DNA of 32,671 nucleotides from a virus. Its lineage: Duplodnaviria; Caudoviricetes. Position numbers and translations under genes: made by a program. Location: IMG/VR virus record IMGVR_UViG_3300044513_001279, positions 1-32,671 of that record; one strand, written 5' to 3'. Positions 25,424-32,671 of the stretch are shown piece after piece. Each line of letters starts with the position of its first letter. Position 1 is the first letter of the stretch. The notes beneath the pieces are model-generated. The model was not told the DNA's origin, did not search any database, and worked only from the letters and a program-made list of their open reading frames with translations.

Positions 25424-26630
25424 TTGGCTAAAGACTGCTAGAGCAAAACAAATAGAACCTTCTGATGAGCATAACATTTGGCTCATACTTGCAGGTCGTG
25501 GTTGGGGCAAGACAAGAACAGGTGCACAAGACATAGCACTGTATGCTTTAAGAAATCCTAATACCATATGTGCAGTAGTTGCTCCTACTCATGGTGACTT
25601 ACGCAGAGTTTGTTTTGGCGGTAACAGTGGCTTGCTATCAATTATTCCTAAAGAATGTTATTCGTCTAGCGTAGATTACAAAGGCTACTCATCTAGTCTT
25701 TCAGAGATAAGATTATTTAATGGTTCAAAGATTGTTGGTTACGCAGCACAAGAACCTGAAAGGCTTAGAGGACCACAGTTTCATAGAGCTTGGTGTGATG
25801 AGATTGCAGCTTGGCGTTATCCTGAAGCTTTAGATCAATTAATGTTTGGACTGCGACTTGGAAACAATCCCAAGTGTGTCATTACGACTACACCTAAACC
25901 CAACAAGATGATTAAGAGTTTGGTAGAAAGAGATGATGTAATTGTTACTACTGGTTCTACTTTTGAGAACGAAGAAAATCTAGCACAGTCTGCTTTGGAT
26001 ATGCTTAAGCGTAGATATGAAGGCACAACTCTTGGCAGACAAGAGCTTTACGCAGAAATCATAGAAGAATTAGAAGGAGCTTTGTGGTCAAATAAGCTTA
26101 TAGAAGAAGCAAGGTTGCATGAAGATACCGAGAAAGAGCTTACACAAATTATTGTTGCTATAGACCCTGCGGTCACAAACAATGAAGATTCAGACGAAAC
26201 TGGTATAGTGGTAGTAGGCAAAGACCATAATAATGAGTATTATGTACTAGAAGATGCTTCAGGAAAGTACAGCCCTGACGGTTGGGCTAGAAAAGCTATC
26301 AATTGCTTTTATGAATGGGATGCAGATAGAATAGTAGCTGAAGTAAATAACGGTGGCGATTTGGTGGAAAGACTATTAAGGGGAATGGATGTAAACATTC
26401 CTTACAGGTCTGTAAGAGCTACGAGAGGTAAAATGGTAAGAGCCGAACCTGTCGCAGCACTTTATGAGCAAAGGCGTGTTCATCACATTGGTTATTTTCC
26501 TGAATTAGAATCACAGTTGTGTAGCTATACAGGAGAAACAAAACCTAGTCCTGACAGATTAGATGCTTTGGTTTGGGGTATATCCGAAATCAGCAGATCA
26601 AAAGGCGAAGTAAACTGGAGAATAAGCTAA
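25323..26630 (+). CDS. terL: Terminase large subunit (start possibly TTG 25371)
   Basis: Walker A AGRGWGKT, LRGPQF..AWCDE, TTTP, and nuclease motifs AIDPA and PDRLDA. Confidence 0.95.
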   Translation: MQTSKKQMPSEKLWNCLTQLQSNAEKATIKLYTDWLKTARAKQIEPSDEHNIWLILAGRGWGKTRTGAQDIALYALRNPNTICAVVAPTHGDLRRVCFGGNSGLLSIIPKECYSSSVDYKGYSSSLSEIRLFNGSKIVGYAAQEPERLRGPQFHRAWCDEIAAWRYPEALDQLMFGLRLGNNPKCVITTTPKPNKMIKSLVERDDVIVTTGSTFENEENLAQSALDMLKRRYEGTTLGRQELYAEIIEELEGALWSNKLIEEARLHEDTEKELTQIIVAIDPAVTNNEDSDETGIVVVGKDHNNEYYVLEDASGKYSPDGWARKAINCFYEWDADRIVAEVNNGGDLVERLLRGMDVNIPYRSVRATRGKMVRAEPVAALYEQRRVHHIGYFPELESQLCSYTGETKPSPDRLDALVWGISEISRSKGEVNWRIS

Positions 26631-28648
26631 TGGCAGAACAAACATTTTTTCAAAGATTGTTTAACAGCAAACCTGTTGAGCAAAAAAATTCAAACATGAT
26701 GGGTTACTTTGGTGTTGGCACTGAAGAAGCAAAGACCTACAAATATCAAGACCTAGCAAAAGAAGGCTATCTTAAAAACGCAATTGTTTATAGATGCGTG
26801 AATGAGATAAGCAAAGGTGCAAGTGCTGTGCCTTTTATGCTTAAAGCAGGTGATCAAATCATAGAAGAACATCCCTTGATTGATCTTCTTATGCGACCTA
26901 ACCCATTGCAATCCTACAGTGAGTTCTTTAACAGTCTATTTGGATATGTGTTGTTAAGTGGTAATGCTTACATTCTTAAGACTGGTAGCGACATGGGTGC
27001 ACCAAAAGAACTGCATCAATTAAGACCTGATCGCATAAACATTAAAGGTAGTGGCAAACCTATTCCTGAAAAATATGAATACATGGTGAATGGTAGAGTT
27101 GCTCATACTTATTTAATAGATCAAGAAAATGGTTTCAGCGAACTAAAACACGTCAAGCTATGGCATCCCCTAGATGATTACTATGGTCTTAGTCCGTTAA
27201 GTGCAGCAGCAGTTGAGGTAGATCAATTCAACATGGCTAGTAAGCACAACGTCAATCTTTTACAAAATGGTGCAAGACCGAGTGGTGCAGTCGTATTTAA
27301 ACCACAAGATGATGCAGGCTTTGCAGTCAATTTAACAGAATCACAGAGACAACAATTACTCACAGACTTAAATAACAGATTTAGTGGTGCAGGTAATGCA
27401 GGCAGACCTATGTTATTAGAGGGAGACTTTGACTGGAAAGAAATGGGTCTTAGTCCCAAGGATATGGATTTTGCAACCTTAAAACATATGAGTGCCACAG
27501 ACATTGCCTTATGTTTTGGCGTACCCAGTCAATTAGTAGGTGTTCCTGACAGTCAAACATATTCTAATGTTGCAGAAGCAAGACTTGCCCTTTATGAAGA
27601 AACAATTATTCCACACTTAAGAAAGATATCATCAGACCTTAACGAGTGGTTAGTACCATTGTTTGATGATCGTCTCACATTAGAGTTTGATATTGATTCT
27701 ATCCCTGCTTTGTCAGAAAGAGTCAAGAGAACTTATGAGAATGTTACCTCTGCTGTAAGAGAAGGCATTATGACTCGGAATGAAGCTAGGGAACAACTAG
27801 GTTTAGAACCTGTTGATGGTGCTGATGACCTTTACATATCAGCTAATCTATTCCCCCTTACTGACGAAGGTGTAGAGAAGCCTGAGAACCCAATCAACGA
27901 AGAAGATTTAGAAGATTATGATGATGAAGAAACCGATAAGGAAATAGCTTTCTTATTAGAAGAAGAAAAGGCTTTGTCAGATATTAATACGATTCCTACC
28001 AGTGAAATGGCAGAAGAAGCTAAGAGAGGGCTTGAGCTTAGAAAAAAGTTCAATAGGGGCGGTACTGCTGTAGGTGTTGCTCGTGCAAATCAATTGGTTG
28101 CCAAAGAAAGGCTATCTATATCTACCGTTAAAAGAATGTACAGCTTCTTTAGTCGTCATGAGGTAGACAAACAAGGTCAGGGTTTCAGACAAGGCGAAGA
28201 AGGCTATCCAAGTGCAGGTAAGATCGCATGGTTACTTTGGGGCGGAGATTCAGGCTTTGCTTGGTCAAAAAGAAAACGCCAACAAATCATCACAGAAGAA
28301 GATAAAGAGTTTGCTCTACAAGACCATGTAGAGTCTAAAGAAGATGAAAAGGCTTTATCAGGCAAAGTAAAAGAAGCTCTTAAAGGCAAGGTAGAAGATC
28401 ACAACGAAAAACACGGCAACAGCAAGACTAAAAGAGCTAACCTAAGAATGCTTGAAGCGGTCTTTAGAAGGGGTGTCGGAGCTTACAGAACCAACCCTTC
28501 AAGCGTAAGACCTAGTGTAAGCTCTCCTGATCAATGGGCATATGCAAGAGTTAATAGCTTCTTAAGAGCTTTATCGTCAGGCAAGTTCAGAGGTGGCAAG
28601 CATGACACTGATTTATTTCCTAAAGGGCATCCATTATCTAGCAAATGA
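26630..28648 (+). CDS. HK97-family portal protein with a ~230-aa C-terminal extension
   Basis: ATG 26630 (TAATG, GGAG SD); LSGNAY, YYGLSPL, NGARPSG, FGVP..L.G...TYSN and MTRNEAR; then an acidic linker and two extra domains. Confidence 0.92.
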   Translation: MAEQTFFQRLFNSKPVEQKNSNMMGYFGVGTEEAKTYKYQDLAKEGYLKNAIVYRCVNEISKGASAVPFMLKAGDQIIEEHPLIDLLMRPNPLQSYSEFFNSLFGYVLLSGNAYILKTGSDMGAPKELHQLRPDRINIKGSGKPIPEKYEYMVNGRVAHTYLIDQENGFSELKHVKLWHPLDDYYGLSPLSAAAVEVDQFNMASKHNVNLLQNGARPSGAVVFKPQDDAGFAVNLTESQRQQLLTDLNNRFSGAGNAGRPMLLEGDFDWKEMGLSPKDMDFATLKHMSATDIALCFGVPSQLVGVPDSQTYSNVAEARLALYEETIIPHLRKISSDLNEWLVPLFDDRLTLEFDIDSIPALSERVKRTYENVTSAVREGIMTRNEAREQLGLEPVDGADDLYISANLFPLTDEGVEKPENPINEEDLEDYDDEETDKEIAFLLEEEKALSDINTIPTSEMAEEAKRGLELRKKFNRGGTAVGVARANQLVAKERLSISTVKRMYSFFSRHEVDKQGQGFRQGEEGYPSAGKIAWLLWGGDSGFAWSKRKRQQIITEEDKEFALQDHVESKEDEKALSGKVKEALKGKVEDHNEKHGNSKTKRANLRMLEAVFRRGVGAYRTNPSSVRPSVSSPDQWAYARVNSFLRALSSGKFRGGKHDTDLFPKGHPLSSK

Positions 28649-29460
28649 GAAACAGCACTAAAAGGCTTAATGATTTTAGGCAAGGCAGAGTTAATTCAAG
28701 AGCAGAAGCAAGAAGGCAGTTAGTTTTAAGAAACAATTTAGAAAAAAGATTTTTTAGAAAGCTAAATACTCTTTTTAGAAAGTTTGTTAATGTTCATATG
28801 CACCTTTATAAACAGTATGGAATCTATGAGCCTACTGTTGCAGTCCAATCTTTAAACGAAGATTTTTTTCCACTGATACTGGCTCATTACAGAAGAACCT
28901 TTCAAGCTATTTATAAACTCAATGAAGATAAATACGAAATGATGCGTAAGGCTGATGAAGCCTTTGTGTTTGGTAGAAGCGTAGACTTTGAAGCTGTAGT
29001 CAATGAATATTTTACTGGCAGACAATTAATACTTTCAGGTATATCAGAGAGAATGGCAACAAGAATAAGCAGGCTAATAGAACAAGGCAGAGCAGATAAT
29101 CTTACATTGCCACAGATAGCTAAAAGCGTATCAGATAAGTTCTTACCAATCAGCAGAAGCCGTGCAGCACTTATAGCAAGAACTGAAACACATAGCGCAG
29201 CTTCTTTTGCAAATCATGCCTATCATGCAACCGTTGAGAAAGACTTAGGTGTAAAGATGTTAAAGAAGTGGGTAGCAACAAATGATGCAAGAACAAGGTC
29301 AACACATTCACAAGCAAACGGACAAACGGTAGATATGGCAGAGGACTTTATTGTTGGTGGAGTTCCAATGGGATTTGCAGGTGATTCTAAAGGTGGTGCA
29401 AAAAATGTTATTAATTGCAGATGCGTAATTGTCTACGCTGATGAAAGGGATATGACCTAA
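28645..29460 (+). CDS. Minor head protein (MuF/SPP1 gp7 family)
   Basis: RAALIARTE, KKWVAT.D.RTR.TH and INCRC. Confidence 0.9.
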   Translation: MRNSTKRLNDFRQGRVNSRAEARRQLVLRNNLEKRFFRKLNTLFRKFVNVHMHLYKQYGIYEPTVAVQSLNEDFFPLILAHYRRTFQAIYKLNEDKYEMMRKADEAFVFGRSVDFEAVVNEYFTGRQLILSGISERMATRISRLIEQGRADNLTLPQIAKSVSDKFLPISRSRAALIARTETHSAASFANHAYHATVEKDLGVKMLKKWVATNDARTRSTHSQANGQTVDMAEDFIVGGVPMGFAGDSKGGAKNVINCRCVIVYADERDMT

Positions 29461-29807
29461 TCAGTCCAGTCATACCCCCTAGTAAATCCAAGAGTACCCT
29501 TAGTTCTATTAAGACTAGACCAATGAACGGCAAATGCTTTGCTTAAAACTACAGGGTCAATCCAAATCTCTTGATCAAAGATAGACTCAGGCTTTTCAAA
29601 ATAATCTTTGCTCCACGATCTTCTAAGCCTTGCAGAGATGATTGTGTTGTAAGAAATATGAGCTAAATTAATTTCTTTTATAGTGTAGCTGTCATCAAAG
29701 ATGATTGACTCACAGAAATCCAATGCTTGCTCTAATGTAGTGCCATCCTCGCAGACCCCATCTAAGATGAGGTCTTTGAGTTCCTTAAGTGTGAATAAGG
29801 TATTCAT
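29457..29807 (-). CDS. Hypothetical protein
   Basis: 116 aa; ATGA overlap with the upstream gene; converges on MuF. Confidence 0.6.
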   Translation of the reverse strand: MNTLFTLKELKDLILDGVCEDGTTLEQALDFCESIIFDDSYTIKEINLAHISYNTIISARLRRSWSKDYFEKPESIFDQEIWIDPVVLSKAFAVHWSSLNRTKGTLGFTRGYDWTD

Positions 29808-30136
29808 TTTTGCACCTTTTCTTTTTTTCTTGCTCTTAATACAAGGGCAATTATTTTGTCATGCAACTTGTCAGCTTTATCATAATCATCACACATAAAG
29901 TATTCGCATTTATCATTTGGATTAATATATTCTTTTGCATCAGTGGGTATGCCAGTGAAGTTAAGCTCTAACAGACTGCTTAAAATCTCAAGTTCCTCAT
30001 GTGTAAACTCAAGACTCTTAGCCTTTTGTCTTTTGCACATAGCAACAAAGTTTTTTTGTGCTGTTTTTTTATCAACAGCTTGTGTAGTCCATCCAGTATA
30101 TTCACCTTCTGTTACTCGGTAGGTTTGTTTTTTCAT
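29804..30136 (-). CDS. Hypothetical protein
   Basis: 110 aa; AGGA SD preceded by the hairpin GCTCACAGAGC. Confidence 0.65.
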   Translation of the reverse strand: MKKQTYRVTEGEYTGWTTQAVDKKTAQKNFVAMCKRQKAKSLEFTHEELEILSSLLELNFTGIPTDAKEYINPNDKCEYFMCDDYDKADKLHDKIIALVLRARKKEKVQK

Positions 30137-30186
30137 TTTATTTTATCCTGCTCTGTGAGCATAAATTTATTTTGAAGAATATAAAC

Positions 30187-31062
30187 TTACCCTAGAAGTT
30201 CCTCTAGGGCTTTTTTACCAACCTTCTTACCATCAACATATGTGTATGAAGCATACTTTTTATAAGTCCTGTTTCTCTTGCATACAACTTTTAAGATTTT
30301 GCCGTTGATTTCTTTTTCAGCTTCACCTTCCCAAATATAGTAAACAGTTCTCTTAATTACTCTGCCCCATCTATCTTCTGTTTTAACAGTAGGAACTTCA
30401 TTTACAATGTCAGCAGATGCGATCTCAGATAATTCTTTTACAACTTTGCTTACAAGATTAGATTCAATTAAAGGCTTACCATAAAACTTTTCTATAAGCT
30501 CTTGTAAAAAATACTTATGACCTTCTGCTTGATCTTTAATGTTTTTTAATCTTCTAGCTCTAGTTTCTCTCCAACTTTGAAGATACCTAGCAGGAGTTTT
30601 GTAATCAACCTCATCACAAATAAGTCTAAATTCATCAAATGTAAAAGCAACACTTGTATAGCCTTGCTCTACATATTTTTTGTATCTGCTTCTCATATAG
30701 TCTTGCGGTGATAGTTTTAAATCATTAAGAGCATCATATGAGTGAAACATATTATAGATACTAGGTAATTCAACAAACTTTCCGTCTAACTTATATCCAT
30801 ATACAGTCTCAGGAAACCAATCGTTAACAGAATCTAAAGATGATTGTAGACTAGCTATTTTCTTATCTAGAGAAGCGATAGTTTTGTCAGCTAAAGTTCT
30901 ATCTAGTTGAATAGGTAAGTTATCAGCACCGCTACATACACCGTTAAAAAATCCCCAAGAAACATCATAGCCATGTTTAGCTAATCCATTATGAGAGTTA
31001 TCAACAGCGTGCATATTACCGCAAACCTGACAATGACCTTTGTGTGTGTGAGTTGTTTTCAT
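30187..31062 (-). CDS. Hypothetical protein with N-terminal Zn-binding motif
   Basis: 291 aa; CQVC...KHGY...GVCSG; AAGGAG SD. Confidence 0.7.
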   Translation of the reverse strand: MKTTHTHKGHCQVCGNMHAVDNSHNGLAKHGYDVSWGFFNGVCSGADNLPIQLDRTLADKTIASLDKKIASLQSSLDSVNDWFPETVYGYKLDGKFVELPSIYNMFHSYDALNDLKLSPQDYMRSRYKKYVEQGYTSVAFTFDEFRLICDEVDYKTPARYLQSWRETRARRLKNIKDQAEGHKYFLQELIEKFYGKPLIESNLVSKVVKELSEIASADIVNEVPTVKTEDRWGRVIKRTVYYIWEGEAEKEINGKILKVVCKRNRTYKKYASYTYVDGKKVGKKALEELLG

Positions 31063-31107
31063 TTTATTTCTCCTTGCCCTAAGGGCATCAATTTATTTTA
31101 TACAGTA

Positions 31108-31137
31108 ATTATAAACCCAAAACGACATATAGTGCAA
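31108..31137 (-). promoter_or_regulatory. Promoter TTGCAC-18-TATAAT with degenerate operator ACCCAAAACGACA (31115-31127)
   Basis: Same architecture as the promoters at 6415 and 16897. Confidence 0.7.
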
Positions 31138-31170
31138 CAATTAATTTAATTAATTTATTACAACTATATC

Positions 31171-31199
31171 TTGTGCTTATATTACCCTTTATGTACTAT
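31171..31199 (+). promoter_or_regulatory. Promoter-like TTGTGC-17-TACTAT upstream of the protease and capsid genes
   Basis: 17-bp spacer; the -10 ends 9 nt before ATG 31209, which lacks an SD. Confidence 0.45.
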
Positions 31200-31208
31200 A
31201 TGTAGAAT

Positions 31209-32144
31209 ATGCCTATTCCAAAACCTAATCGTTCTGAAAGTAGGCAGAACTTTTTAAAAAGATGTATGGGAGATGACACTATGACGAGTGAGTATACCGA
31301 CACAGATCAACGCCTAGCCGTCTGTACCAATGAGTACGATTCTAACAAAGAAGATTCTATTGAGAATGATGAAAAGCACATAAGAGCAGTAGAAGAAACT
31401 GATGACTCTTATATCATTGAGTTTGGCAAATCTAAGCCTGACTCAGAAGAAACTGTTGATGAGATGAACTCTGAGAAAGAAGTAGAGAAAGAATCTATTG
31501 AAATCAAATCAAGCATTAAAGCTTATGACAACGAAGATGAAGATAAAAACTATGGCACATTTGAAGGCTATGGTTCTGTCTTTGGCAATAAAGACTTAGG
31601 CAATGATGTTATTGAAGCAGGTGCATTTGCCAAATCATTAAAGAAAAGAAAACCACAAAATGTAAAACTCTTATATCAACACAAGTCAGATATGCCTATC
31701 GGTGTGTTTGATGAGATTAGAGAAGATGATCATGGTCTTGTGGTCAAAGGTAGACTGGCTCTTAAAACACAAGCAGGAGCAGAAGCCTATGAATTATTAA
31801 AGATGGGAGCTTTAGACGGTTTATCAATCGGCTTTAGAGTAAACCCACAACAAGTTTCATATGATAAGCGTGGTGGTAAACGAATTATCAAAGAAGTAGA
31901 TTTAATGGAAGTGTCGTTAGTAACCTTTCCCATGAACCCTCAGGCAACTGTTCGTTCTGTGAAAGGCGAAGAAATTTCTATTAGGGAATGGGAGAACGGA
32001 TTGCGTGATGCTTTCAGTCTGTCTCGTTCAGAAGCAAAAGTTGCTGCAAAGGCAGTAACTAAGTGTTTTGATCAACGAGAGGTTGATGAAAGTGCAGAAT
32101 TGGTAGATGCCATAAAAGAACTAACTTTAACCTTAAAAACTTAA
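31209..32144 (+). CDS. HK97-family prohead protease with N-terminal extension
   Basis: FEGYGSVFGN.D, LLYQH, GLSIGF and EVSLVTFPMNP. Confidence 0.93.
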   Translation: MPIPKPNRSESRQNFLKRCMGDDTMTSEYTDTDQRLAVCTNEYDSNKEDSIENDEKHIRAVEETDDSYIIEFGKSKPDSEETVDEMNSEKEVEKESIEIKSSIKAYDNEDEDKNYGTFEGYGSVFGNKDLGNDVIEAGAFAKSLKKRKPQNVKLLYQHKSDMPIGVFDEIREDDHGLVVKGRLALKTQAGAEAYELLKMGALDGLSIGFRVNPQQVSYDKRGGKRIIKEVDLMEVSLVTFPMNPQATVRSVKGEEISIREWENGLRDAFSLSRSEAKVAAKAVTKCFDQREVDESAELVDAIKELTLTLKT

Positions 32145-32156
32145 TAGGAGTAAATT

Positions 32157-32671
32157 ATGTCGGAAGATATAAAGAACGCTATTCAAGACTTAGGTCAAAC
32201 TTTCAACGAATTTAAGAAAGTCAATGATGAAAGACTTGAACAAATTGAGAAAGGCGAAAGCACAGCATATAACGAAGAAAAACTAGCTAAACTAGAAGCC
32301 AAATTGGCTTCTTTTGAAGAAGTTAATCAGAAGTTAACACTTGCTGAGCAAAACGCTGAACAAATCAAGGAGCAAGTTTCCAAGATTGAGACCATGGTCA
32401 CTAGACCTGACTCAGGCTTTGAATCTAAGCAAGTTGATGAGTATCTCAATGCTTTTGATAGATATTGCAGGAAAGGACTTGACGGTCTGCAACCTGATGA
32501 AAAGAAAGCATTAACTGTCAGCAATGACTCAACAGGCGGATATTTAGCACCACCTGAGTATGTGAGAGAATTGTTAAAAACAATTACTGAAATCTCACCT
32601 ATCAGAAGTATTGCTAGAGTTCGTTCCACAGGTGCTAGAAGCATCCAAATCCCAAAAAGAGATGGACAATT
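32157..32671 (+). CDS. Major capsid protein, HK97 type (3'-truncated; absent from the ORF track)
   Basis: AGGAG SD; MSEDIKNAIQDLGQTFNEFKK coiled-coil delta domain, then KALTVSNDSTGGYLAPPEY...ISPIRSIA; open to the window end. Confidence 0.92.
   Translation, partial: MSEDIKNAIQDLGQTFNEFKKVNDERLEQIEKGESTAYNEEKLAKLEAKLASFEEVNQKLTLAEQNAEQIKEQVSKIETMVTRPDSGFESKQVDEYLNAFDRYCRKGLDGLQPDEKKALTVSNDSTGGYLAPPEYVRELLKTITEISPIRSIARVRSTGARSIQIPKRDGQ

Noticed and set aside
26573-26629. Upstream portal start from the ORF track
   Set aside because: It overlaps terL; ATG 26630 has an SD and TAATG coupling.
32327-32644. 105-aa minus-strand ORF
   Set aside because: It is the antisense shadow of the major capsid gene, which the track missed because it runs off the window.
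1-32671. tRNA genes, stop-codon reassignment, introns or inteins
   Set aside because: Intergenic gaps are short with no cloverleaf seen, and core genes are full length and uninterrupted in the standard code.

Overview
The window is an AT-rich segment of a tailed dsDNA phage, probably a siphovirus of a Gram-negative host (spanin-like genes, outer-membrane lipoproteins). A marine or aquatic origin is an inference. Gene order: distal tail genes (1-5582), a lone antisense gene, then a ~5.4 kb plus-strand operon of three small membrane proteins, CsgF-like, CsgG-like, a curlin-repeat protein, a FecR-domain protein and a CHASE2 class III adenylyl cyclase (6487-11893). Next come a lysis cassette with an SNase-family nuclease (12087-13850) and a mainly minus-strand early region: 2OG-Fe(II) oxygenase, two Mom-like DNA-modification genes, SSB, SSAP, exonuclease, Cro-like HTH, primase-helicase and initiator. 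The window ends with terminase, an extended portal, MuF, an antisense island, HK97 protease and the start of the major capsid gene. The standout is the curli-pore/FecR/CHASE2-cyclase operon, which looks like a complete phage-encoded trans-envelope cAMP signalling chain. The second is a 13-bp pseudo-palindromic operator found at about 8 intergenic promoter regions. No integrase, tRNA, CRISPR array or reverse transcriptase was seen. All calls come from reading motifs by eye, with no database searches.
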